Source: Octopus sinensis
Lineage: Eukaryota
Direction of reading: 5' to 3'
Length of the DNA stretch: 64,000 nt
Assembly: GCF_006345805.1 (NCBI RefSeq)
Contig: NC_043009.1
Coordinates: 67,270,001 to 67,334,000, forward strand
Shown here in pieces: positions 52,061-64,000 of the stretch (position 1 is the stretch's first letter; each line of letters starts with the position of its first letter). The notes below the pieces were generated by a model, which saw nothing but the letters and a program-made list of their open reading frames with translations, searched no databases and was not told where the DNA came from. The position numbers and the translations under genes were made by a program.

Positions 52061-52235
52061 CATCAGTTCAATGTGAACCCTGACCCGTCACGCTGTGTCC
52101 AGTGTATTGTCTCCTCAGGCCAAGGAGTGTGGGTTGCTCCTCAACAAAGTGCCAAAGTAAACCTCTACCATGCAACCACCTATGAGTTTCTTCATGAAAT
52201 CAATGTCACTGCTGCTGTCACACACAAACTACAAC
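52061..52235 (+). CDS. ARHGEF17: exon 17, HQFNVNPDPSRCVQ...AAVTHKLQ
   Basis: ttccag / C|gtaagt, 175 nt, phase 0-1. Confidence 0.93.
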
Positions 52236-53157
52236 GTAAGTCATTCACTCTCATCTTTTCTGCTCTTTACAAACTTTGCTGACAGAGTTTGCTCCAGCTG
52301 GTTGTGGTCATTGTTTGTTGTTGTTGCTGTTGGGTGGTTAATTAAGTGACCTCCAGTTAGGTTTCAGAAGTTCAAGGCCCAAAACAGCCTGCGATTACAG
52401 CCTTGGGGTGATTCAACAAGAAAGGTTCCGATCAGTAGCTCAATCAACTAGAAATAGCAGTCAAATATTCAATCCAGTGACACTCTGCTGTCTTTAAGAA
52501 GGCATTAAAATACACATTGGGAACTGTAGTCTTAGATACATAAGAAGAACCCCTTCGGTCATGAATGACCATGGGATTGTACCCAGAAAGTTCCCCTCTA
52601 AATAAAGTGTCTTACTCAAGAACACAACCTCATGATCATAAGCTTGACACTCTAACCACTGAACCATGCACCTAAAAACACATTTTGTTTAAATAAAAGA
52701 TAGGATGATCAATGCTAAAACGATTTTGATTGCCATCAATCTGCTTGATCAAGGTTGAACTGGAGCGCTGAACAGCAGCCGCAGCCACAGTAGCAGCAGC
52801 CCCGACAATGATGTTGATGACAACATCATCATTAATGTTGTTGCTGTTGTTTCATAATCGTATGAAACTCATCACATTAAATAAGTCCATGGGCTCTGGA
52901 ACGAGGGAAATTTTTAAATATTGAGTAACATTCTCTGTGTTGGTGACACGTAAAAAGCACCAACTGATCAGGCCGTTTTCCAGCCTCCCCTGGCCCCTGT
53001 GCCGGTGGCATGTAAAAAGCACCCACTACACTCTCAGAGTGGTTGGCATTAGGAAGTGAATCCAGCCATAGAAATCTTGTGCAATCAAATTGGAGCCTGG
53101 TGCAACCCCCTCCCCAGACTACCATCCAACCATGCCATGTGTAATGTCTCTTTCTGC

Positions 53158-53189
<32 letters not shown>

Positions 53190-53502
53190 GTGTATATTTG
53201 TGTGTGTGTGTGAAAGCATAATGCTGCGGAAACCGGTTGAATGTCCAACCAGTTGTACCAAATTTCCAGCATCCAAACATCTGCACCCAATCACCTCACT
53301 GATGAAAACCTGTCATCTCTTCAGTTTTATTGCAATGTTAATTGAGGCTATACCAGTAAGATTGATAAATCAATGAGATCACCACTGCTGTGGCCATGCT
53401 ACAGCTATACAATCGGTGTAAAATAACACTCCAGATTGTGTTCCATTCGTGTCCTGTCTGTATTAAATGTTTGCTTTCATTCTTCTTCTTCTTCTTCTTC
53501 AG

Positions 53503-53676
53503 TGGCTGATGACATCATCAGGCAACACAAGACAGCCTGCTTGCGAGTGACGGCTTTGTTAATCTGCAAAGACTTGCTGTGGGTTGGAACCAGTGCTGGA
53601 GTGATTCTCACCATTCCTGTACCGAAAATAACCTCCACCACAACACACAGTAACATCAATTGTCCAGCAGTTACAG
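53503..53676 (+). CDS. ARHGEF17: exon 18, (L)ADDIIRQHKTACLRVTALLICKDLLWVGTSAGVILT...CPAVT
   Basis: cttcag / G|gtgaaa, 174 nt, phase 1-1. IIRQHKxACLR signature. Confidence 0.96.
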
Positions 53677-54994
53677 GTGAAACTTCTTTATTACCTTGCT
53701 CTCCTCTTTCAGCCGTTTATGCTCTCTTTCTCTTCTTCCTCTCCATATTTTCCCCCTCTCTTCATTTCCGTATTAGTAAAGTGTTTGTCCCTTCATGTGT
53801 GTGGCGTAATGTGCAAAGTTCTTCCAACTAGCGAGGCAGGTGAGGAACCAGGATTTTTACTTGAAGAGTGATAAATATTATTTCTTTTATTTTTTTACTT
53901 CAGTCATTTGACTTTGTCCATGCTGGAGCACTGCCTTTAGTCAAACAAATCGACCCCAAGGCTTATTCTTTGTAAGCCTAGTACTTATTCTATCGGTCTC
54001 TTTTGCTAAACTGCTAAAGTTATGGGGACATAAACACACCAACATCAGTTGTCAAGTGATGGTGGTGGGGGGAGGAGACAAACACAGATATACACCCACA
54101 CAGGATTGGAGCCTGGTGCAACCCTCTGGCTTGCCAGCCCTCAGTCAAACCTTCCAACCCATACCAGCATGGAAAGCAGACGTTAACATGCACACACACA
54201 CACACACACACATATATGACGGGCTTCTTTCAGTTTCTGCCTACCAAAACGCTTTGGTTGGTTCGAGGCTACAGTAGAAGACACTTGCTCATGGTGCCAT
54301 GCAATGGGACTGAACCCAGAACCATGTGGTTGGGAAGCAAGCTTCTTACCACACAACCACTCCTGCACCTGTATTTACCTGTTGCTATAATTCTGTAAGA
54401 AAAATTCCCCCAACGACTCAGTTTGGAATCAGTGATAGAAATTAACAGAAACTAATTACTACTACTATATGTACAAGGCCTGAAATTTTGAGGGAGGGAG
54501 GGGCTTATTGATTACATCACCCCCCCCCCCCAGTGCTCAACTGGTTCTTATGCTATCAACCCCGAAAGGATGAAAGGCAAAGCTAACCTTGCCAGGATCT
54601 GAACTCAGCTGGAAGAGATGGCACTGAGCATTCTGTCCAGCGTGCTAACAATTCAGCCACCTTGATTAAAATAATAATAATAATAATGATAATGATTTCA
54701 AATTTTGGCACAAGGCCAGCATTTTGTGGGAGTGGGGTAAGTTGATTACATCGACCCACCCTCATCTCTCTCCACACACACACACACACACACACGGGGA
54801 TCAACTGGTACTTATTTCATCAACCCCAAAGGATGAGAGGTAAAATCGACCTCAGCAGAATTTGATCTCAGAATATAAGAATGGAAGAAATGCTGCCAAG
54901 CTTTTTGCCTGGCATGCTAACGACTCTGCCAGTTCACTGCCGCCTTAATTTTAAAAAATGAACATGATAATTTCTTATTAACAAAATAATAATA

Positions 54995-55375
54995 CAGTTC
55001 TATATTTAAGAGATGAGGAATTATGTACATTATTTACATTTGACGGATATTTGTCCTCAACTTGTTTGTTGCTAATACGTTTCGGCTGATATAATCTCCA
55101 GCCTTCATCAGGTGTCTTGGGGAAATTTAGAACCTGGGTTCTCATTCCTAAGGTATTTTTCGATATTATTATTATTCATATGGCATAGTGGTTAAGAGCA
55201 CTGACTACTAACCCTAAGATTCCGAGTTCAATTCCAGGCAGTGACCTGAATAATATTAATAATAACAACATCAGAAAATACCTTACAAATGAGAACCCAG
55301 GTTTGAAATTTCGCCAAGACACCTGATGAAGGCTGGATGGTATATCAGTCGAAATGTGTTAACAAACAAGATGTA
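54995..55375. mobile_element. second head-to-head inverted dimer of the hammerhead element
   Basis: Left arm 54995-55178(-, headless, full 3' end). Right arm 55179-about 55375(+, tRNA head, truncated 3' end). Confidence 0.85.
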
Positions 55376-55458
55376 AATGATGTAATATAATAATGATTTT
55401 ATTTATAATAATAATAATAATAATAATATGTATGTTTTGTTATTTTGCTTGGTTCTAG

Positions 55459-55895
55459 GTTTAGTTTATGGTCACACTGGACATGTACGATTCTTGACAA
55501 GTGTGGAATTACCCAACAGCTCTGGACAAAAAACTGAATCTGTGACATCTTGCACTAGCTTCGGTTCCAGTAATAACCAACAACAACAACAACAGCAGAG
55601 TTACACCTCCAATACTACTATTACACCTACTACGAATACCACTACCACAGCCACGGTCACGAGCAGCTCAATGAGTGAGATGCCAGAAGAAGAACCCACA
55701 TCGCCTGTTGTTGAGGGTAACTTATCCTTGCAGGAGATTCAGCGACGGTCATCCATGGCCACCACCGCAACGATGGCCACTCGCATGCTGGTGATTAGCG
55801 GCGGTGATGGCTACGAAGACTTCCGCAACAACGTTGCTAACGAAGCTGCTGGTCGTGACGACAGCACCAACCATCTCCTGCTCTGGCAGGTCTGA
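55459..55895 (+). CDS. ARHGEF17: terminal coding exon, (G)LVYGHTGHVRFL...ISGGDGYEDFR...DDSTNHLLLWQV*
   Basis: ttctag acceptor, TGA at 55893-55895. The C-terminus matches the recalled ARHGEF17 end DDSTNHLLLWRV. Confidence 0.97.
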
Positions 55896-57165
55896 GACAA
55901 TTTTTCCCTGACTTTGCTCTTGTTTCCTGTTAATTATTCAACTATTGATTAATCGGGTGATTAATCTCCGTTTCTCTCTATACGATGCCTCTTTCTCTCC
56001 TCCCCCCTTTCTCTCAAACTTTGGTTCCTTACACCCAGATGACCTGTGTGTGTGCACGCGCGCATGCGTGTGTGCATGCATGTGTGTGTGTGTGTGTATG
56101 TGTGTGCAATGTAAGGCTGAAGGGGGTGAGTGTGGAGAACCATTAATTTTTGAGTCGACCCATGCGAGACACTCTCCGCTGTAGAATGGCGGAACCGAAC
56201 GAAAGACGAACAACACAAACACGGAAAGACGAAATTTGTAAACATGAGCTTTGGTGTCCAAGAACATTTTACGATAATACATGTAATACATATGTACATA
56301 CATAAGGACATGCATATATACATACATGCATATATATACATATATATATAATGTGTGTGTGTGTGTATATACAGTGAAATGATAGCAAATTTGAGGAAAT
56401 ATTTGGTGCTGCGTTGAAAGATATCAATTTGGTTGTGACATCTGATCAGTGAAAAATATTAGTGAGTATTAATTGTTGAATGAATTAACTAATTAATAAT
56501 ATATATATATAGAGTATTTATTGTTTATTGTATATGTGTATGTACATATCTATATATATACATATTTATATCTCTCTATATATATATATTATGTACATAT
56601 ATAGATATATACATACATGTAAATGCAGATGAACGCTAAAAATCACACATTGACATACAAAAAATATATTATAATCGTAAACATTGCATACATACATTAC
56701 ATGCATATGTACACACACACACGCATATATACATACATACTCACACTGTGAAGTGTGCGTGCGTGCATGTCTATTTAAAGGAGGGTGAAGTAAAAGCGTT
56801 TCCTATTTAATATCTATTTTTTCTCATATATATATATATGTATATATATATGTGTGTGTGTATGTATATATATGTATATATGTATATATATATATATATA
56901 TGTATGTATATATATATATGTATGTATATATATATATATATACACATACATGCATACACATACACTTATATGTGTGTGTATTTGTTTTGTGTAAAATCAG
57001 AATCTATTTGAGACTATTCAACATTATGAGACGACTTCGTTGAAAACAATATTTTTCTATTAACATGGTTATTTTTATACAAATAATATATGCATATATA
57101 TCCATGTGCATACAAACATTATCAAGTAAATATATATATTTTCTTCTTTATATATATATATATAT

Positions 57166-57198
<33 letters not shown>

Positions 57199-57767
57199 AT
57201 GTTGTTCTTCATGATTGTTGGAATTAAAAAAGAATTTTTTTCCATTATTCTAAAGATATTTCTGCCCCATTCCTTCCTGACAAACTGCTTGGCTCCTGCC
57301 TCGCGCCCTGCTCTGCCCCAATCTGTCACAGCATCTACAAACACCACACAAACACATACAAAAAACTTCATTTCAAGGAGAAAGCTTTCTTCTTTGTTTT
57401 TACAATTGGTTAGCAAGCAGGACCCCTCGTTGCCCCTTTTTTTTTTTTTTATCTCTGCTGCCAGTTAATTTCTGAAGGTTCTGGTTATGAACAAACACAA
57501 CGATGGGCAGAGCTGAATCACATATTTGTGTGGAAAAAGGATTATTTTTGTGTAGTTTTTGTTTTTTGTTTTGTTTTTTTTTTCTCTAAAAAAAAATTTC
57601 TATTTTTTTAAATCCCATTATGGGAGGGAGATTAGGAGTGGATTCATAACCTAATTATATACACCCCCCACCTCTTCTTCTTCCTCCTAATTAGCCCCTT
57701 CACCTCACCCCATCGTCTTTCTGTCTTCATTGTTCCCCCCACCACCTCTTAAGTCAATGACTCACAC

Positions 57768-57800
<33 letters not shown>

Positions 57801-57969
57801 TTCAAGCAGCTGAATGTTGCTTCTGGCTTGTGGTAACCCCCTTGCACTTGTCAGGACCCTAGTTCTCTCAAACAAAAATAGACAACGTGATGCACCAGAA
57901 TGTTCTCTTTATTCCTTCAGAATGTTTAGAATATGTGTGTGTATGGATTATATAATACTGCATACAATA

Positions 57970-58055
57970 TCTATCTGTCTATCTATCTATGCCTGTCTGT
58001 CTATCTACCTATCTATTTATCTGTCTATCTACCTGTCTATCTATCTATCTGCCTG

Positions 58056-58104
<49 letters not shown>

Positions 58105-58160
58105 TTGTCTGTCTATTTATCTATCTATCTACCTATCTATCTATCTATTCCTCTATCTAT
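57970..58160. repeat. (TCTA)n tetranucleotide array
   Basis: Visible directly. A degenerate second array lies at 58935-59100. Confidence 0.95.
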
Positions 58161-59823
58161 CAAAAGGATGACAGTTGGACTTGCTCTCTGTATTCATGAT
58201 GCTATAATCATTATTGTTGCCCTTCACCAAACTGAAATTATCTGAAATCGTGTGTGTATATGTGTGTGCAAGGTAACCCTATGTAAGGGTGGAAGTTCCA
58301 AGTGTAACGTTGCCATTCCCACCCAGTAACTGCACAAAGCTGCATCACATGTCACAAGACTGTTACATGGTGTTACAATAATTAAACTATTGGTAATAAC
58401 GTCCTGTATTGAGTACTTGCACACATCACACTCCCACACTCTATATGTATTCATACACACGTTTCAGAACTAAGGCCTTAGCAAAGTAGGTTTACTTCCT
58501 AAAGTTTATCTTTTTCTAATCCATGCTGGGTTTCATATGATACACAAATTCACAATCAAACAAATACAGAACCCACGGTCTTATTCAGATATGTGCAGAC
58601 CTGAAGAAAGGGATATAGTGAATGTCGGGGTTTGTCCGGTGTTCGCTGGTATTTAACTCCTGGAAATTTCCCAGGTTATTGCTGTCAAAAGGTAACCCTT
58701 TCTTCCAGTGGAAGAACAAATGGAGATTCTTAGGTTTCTCCTGATTTGTGTGTTTAGGATTGAATTCTTGTCAGCTGAATAAACTGAGGACATGAAACAA
58801 GCCAAAAAGAATTTACAGAGAAATATTCAATCTCTGACCCCCTGCTGGAACTGAAAGACAATGTCTGGAATGATGAGAGAAGTAGAGGAGACAGTGTGGT
58901 CAAAGAAGGGGTGGGGAGTGTCTTCTCGGTTTATTATATCTACCTATCTATATCTATTTATCTACCTATTTTAATCTCTCTCTATATATACACTTATATC
59001 TAACTATCTATCTGTCTAGTTACCTATCGGTCTATCTATTATCCATCTGTATATCTATCTAGCCATACTGGTTTATCTACCTGTCTATCCATCTATCTTG
59101 AAGTGAAAGTAAATAGTTCTATGTAGAGAAATACATCATTGTAGAGTTACTAAACTGAACTGTACAACCTATACACTACAGTTCAACTATTAAAAACTGA
59201 GTGGGTCATACATTACACACACACACACAATGTTTTGTTTTCTTATCTTTCCCGTTAGGGTCTGATTGCTTTATTTTTTCTTGGATGTCTCCATCTTAAT
59301 CCTACCTGTTAATTGCCAAATTATTCAGACAACTGGAATCATTTTTTGTCTTCTTTTCACGGTCAACTGAGGCCGATGTCTGCACCACAATCGGACGGCT
59401 GATTTCTCATCACTGATGGAAACTGGACTATGGTGACCTTTTATTATTCATAATACTGACACTGTTTAGTTGTGTGCTAATGTAAAGAGGTGAGCTTCCC
59501 TCTGGTCGAAAGCTTCAGCAATTTCCTCAATCTGGCTGTTTTTCATTGGACTTGTGATTACTGCTGGTACTTAAATGAGATGGGCTTGAACATCATAGAA
59601 TCTTATTTTGTCTCTTCTATAAGCATCAAGGCCATACATTGTGGCTGTAATAATTAATTAATTAATAATATTTTGTAATTATTTTGTATTGAATCTGGAT
59701 AGAATTATAGCATTCCTCTGCAGGTTTCATGGGAAAGTCAATAATAATAATAATAATGTATCTGTGTGTAGTAATGTGTATGTATATGTGTGAGTGTGTG
59801 TGTGTATATACATTATATATATA

Positions 59824-59873
<50 letters not shown>

Positions 59874-62800
59874 ATAGTTATGTGTATGTATGAATGTATA
59901 CAAAAGATTTTCAGGGATAAGTGATGATTGGCAGGTATAGCCAAGCTGGTAAATCCAGAATTTCTCTTTGTGGGATCATAGCAGTGGTGATGGTCACACA
60001 TGAAATAAACCGTTTCTGTTGTTCTCAGGGATTAAATATCTATGAGAGTCTGTAAAACATTGTTCATTGCTGTTTCTTGAAATTACCAGATAAACACTGG
60101 AGCAACGTCCTCTGTTGTGGAGATGGCTTCATTCTACCGTTCATGTTACATCTTCACACATTGGACAGTACGTCTGTCTGTGGTTTGGTACAAAGTACTT
60201 GACATCACCTGCTTGAGACCTTACATTGATTTCTGGAGGAATAACTGTATCAGTTAGGTTCTTAGTTCTCAGTAAGAAAAGCCCTTGATTAACAGTCAGT
60301 TGTGGACTGGACTTGAACCTCAGTCCGTTTATATTGGGAAAGCCATCAATGTTGGAGCTTCCACGTTTCCATTTGCAATTCTAAGGTTTTTCAATACCTT
60401 TATAAGCAAACACTCATATTGCTCATTATTATTATTATTATTATCTGATTGATTTGCATTTTATTTCATCTGCCGTCCAGGTCTCAACCAGAGACCCAAG
60501 GCACATATATATATATTATTAGACGGAAATAAAACTTCCTGAGAATGTGGGACGGTTGATGTCAACACAATTTTTTGAGTCTCGTATTTATTACTAGTAT
60601 TATTTTTAACCACAACAACAATAATAATAATAGCAATAACATTAAATCATTGTATCATATAATAATTGGCCATACTACTATTGTCCAGTCTCCATACAGT
60701 GAGTGTGGCCATCAGCCAACCACAGCTGATGTTTAAAGGTCGGATGATGATGATGTGTGCATATACATATATATTGCATGTTATATGCAACGACCTCAAA
60801 TTGACCTTGATTCATGGCAGTCATAGAATTCAGAACATGTATTTATTTTTATTATTATCATTTATTATCAAAAATCAAGAAAAAAAATTAATTTTTCTTT
60901 TTTTCCCATTTTTTGGGTGGGGCTAAAGAGAAAATAAATTAGACACATGTAGAATGTTTGGTTATTTTTCAACCGGAATGAAGATTATCTTGAAGGAAAT
61001 TCCACCTTGATTGGGTTCCCTTGGCAACCATTCCACCATACCCTGTCACACAAATATATTTTCATGCTGGCTTATGAAAAAAAAAAACCCCAAAACCCTC
61101 TAAATTGTTGCAGTGTGTGTGTATGTGTATATATATATAACATCTAGTCTTATCTTTTAATTCAGAAGCATCTCATCCAAATATTCCTTTATTTATTTTA
61201 ACACACACACACACATATATTCTAAATTATTTTTCTCAAAAGACAATGAAAATATGAATGTTCCATTGTTATTTTTATTTTGACAAACAATTGATTGAAG
61301 AATGCTCAGATCCCTGTCTACGGCCCCTTTGTTGTTGTGTCCAACAATTTGCTGATCGGGCCATTTCTAGAACCTATTAAAACTGCCCTCTCCGAATGAT
61401 GAACAAGAAATCCTTCCATCTGTTCAAGAGCATTCGTGTACAACAACAGTTGAGGCGAGCCTTCCCTGATGATGACAATAATTAAAGGTGATTGTTTTAA
61501 CACAAAACACCTGAAAAACCCAAGCCAATGTGGGTGCTTCTTGTGTAATCTCCACACCTGTGTAAACCACTTTCTGTACCAAATTCCCTTGGCATCTTCA
61601 AAATAGGGAACACATAACTGAAGACCTAAATATGTTGCATTAAAGATGGAATGGCTACAGGTAGAAATATGGTTGAAGGCATCGTTCATTTGAATGTCTC
61701 TAAAACACAGGTGTGTTCAGGTAGAGAGATTACAGAAGCTTCTTCACAGCAACACCCCTGAATCCTTTCCTGTTTCTCTTATAATAATCCCCACCCCCTT
61801 TTTGACAAAAGATGTGAGAATTTTTAAACAGCTTATTAAAAAATAATTTTGTGTTAATTAACATTTGCCCTTGTAGCCAATTAAAGACATTAATTATTAT
61901 CGTTATTATTATTAAATTGCATAAATTTCTGATTTTAAACAGTTGTTTCAAATAAGGCAAAGTTTATACAAGTTTTTATTTTTTATTTTTTTTGCTAAAT
62001 TAATATTAAATATATTAAATGACTCAATTTGGCTTATTTTGATCTTAACGATCATTTCATTGATGAGTTAGTATTAGTTATAATTAAAAATAACAAACAA
62101 CAGCATCAGTAACAAACATTGCCCAACACATAAAAAAAGGAAAAAAAAATAATAATATCCTCCCCCACTCCCCACATATTTGCTGATTCTTAATTAACAT
62201 GAATAAATTATGTGTAAAGAAATCCCACATCAGATCAAAACATTTGTTGTTTGCAACAAATTTTGACAAAAAGTAAAGTTTCTTTTTTTTACTTTACTCT
62301 AATCGTAACCAAATTCCAATATTCTTAATCTGTTCGATTCTTTTACCTTATTTCATGAGATACCTATTGAAAACAATGCTTGTGACACACAGACACACAC
62401 ACACACAGTATTGAAATTGGAGGAGAAATGAAAACCCACTACATCACTCAAAATACATATATCTGTGTTCTTCTTATCTTTGTCTGTTTACAACAACAAC
62501 AACAACAAATAAATTACCTTGCTAATGGCTTTTTTTTTGTTGTTTTTACTTGAAAAAATGATCAAGGTTTGAACAGACAAAAACAAATTTTGCTATAATA
62601 CATCAAAAGGAGAAATAAAATTAAATCAATGCTAAACACTAATATATGTATGTATATATATGTACGTATATGTATGTATATATGTGTGTGTATATATGTG
62701 TATGTATGTATATGTATGTGTATATATATGTGTATATGTTCATCATATATATATATGTGCATGTATGTATATATATATATATATAGTCATATATTCATTA

Positions 62801-64000
62801 TAAGTTTGTGACAGCTCCAGGTTTTGGAAAATGGTTCCAAGGTTGACCTACCATTTTGACACGTTATTTAAATAACCATTTCTCTAGAGTTTGTTTCCTC
62901 CTGTTCTGGAAATATATCCACTTGGAATTAATTTTCTAAATATTTCTCCTTCTTTAACAATAATAAATAATGCAAATATTTTAAACAAATAATATTAATG
63001 ATACACACATATTCTTTCTTTTATCTTAGTAGAAAGAGATAGAAAAACAGCAGACGTATTTGTTCAATTCAACATATGAAGTTGTTTTTTCAGAGTGTTT
63101 TTTTATATATCTGATGTTTCTTTAATATAAAAAGTGTTCATCTGAAAAGGCCACTTATATCATTAAGAAAATTTAAATGAAATTAATTAAAAAAACAAAA
63201 AAACCTCCAAAAACATCCTCAACTAAAACAAAAACCAAAAAACAATAAAATCTCTCAACAAAACCAAAAAAATAAGAAAAAAGATATTAAACGAATAACA
63301 AGTCTGTTAATTAGATTAATGAAATATCTTAATGAATTTTGTAGTTGACTGGGAATATTTTTATTTTCCCCATTTCCATCTTGGCTTTGACATTTTTTAC
63401 TCTCCGAATTGAAGACTTCTGGTGTGACCCTCTTAAATCCTTTCTCCTTGAATCTAAGTCGGAAAGGCACCAGCGAAACCGATAATTGCAAAAATAAAAA
63501 CAACAAAAAAAAAAACCACCAACAACAACAACCACCCACCAAAAATAAGCAATTGGCACCTGGACACATTTTGTTATTCGATCAGTTGTCTGTTACTGTT
63601 CACATTTATTATATCTTTTTTACAACAGAAAAAAAAAAAAAGCAAAACACACAAACAAAACATTCATCATTCGGATTTCAGCATCAGTTGTTTGTTATTT
63701 ATTTTTATTTATTTATTTATGCTCATTAAATATTTGAAATGTTCTAATTCTGGGCTTTTTGGTTTTTTATTCTTTTTCTCTTTTTTTGTTCTTAATGTGT
63801 TGCTTTTGAATCTCTGTCCCTTGGGGCAGGGACGTCTCATCGCTACTATCGATCACTTTGTAGCCCCTACTGATCATCTCCCATTTCTCTTTCTCCCTGT
63901 CCCTTATTAAAGGTCAGTAGCCCTGTAGATCCTCTGGAAGAACCTGCTTTGCACCCTCCCACCATCCTTTAACCCTTCGTTCCCTAGTATAAAGGTTAAA

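Noticed and set aside
61318-61689. 123-aa minus ORF downstream of the gene
   Set aside because: No recognisable domain or splice structure, and the length is within chance expectation.
1112-63910. Most ORFs of 60-235 aa in the supplied track (H/T, Y/I, C/V, poly-V, poly-H, LSIY repeats)
   Set aside because: They are translations of (CA)n, (TA)n, (GAT)n and (TCTA)n microsatellites or SINE bodies, with no domain content or splice support.

Overview
Eukaryotic, AT-rich and very microsatellite-rich DNA. The repeat families are most consistent with an octopus (coleoid cephalopod) genome; this is an inference. The window holds the last 19 coding exons (7498-55895, + strand) of an ARHGEF17-like Rho GEF: C-terminal DH domain, PH domain and WD40-like beta-propeller. 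I traced all splice sites by hand (GT-AG, consistent phases), giving 2652 nt = 883 aa + stop. The 5' exons lie upstream of the window. The introns contain tRNA-headed SINEs, RTE LINE fragments, a decayed Penelope-like RT ORF, a full-length decayed mariner, a Tc1 MITE, two hAT MITEs and a Helitron. The most unusual features are: (1) a short tRNA-headed element with a minimal hammerhead-ribozyme motif, present at three loci, twice as head-to-head palindromic dimers; (2) a 5'-inverted RTE-type LINE insertion with a target-site duplication (TSD) and junction microhomology, matching twin-priming geometry; (3) two perfect DR5 nuclear-receptor motifs; (4) a perfect 31-bp hairpin; (5) a Gly at the position of a conserved DH-domain Asn. 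Almost all ORFs in the supplied track are microsatellite artefacts. Repeat boundaries without a stated TSD or terminal inverted repeat (TIR) are approximate. Family and protein comparisons are from memory, not database searches.
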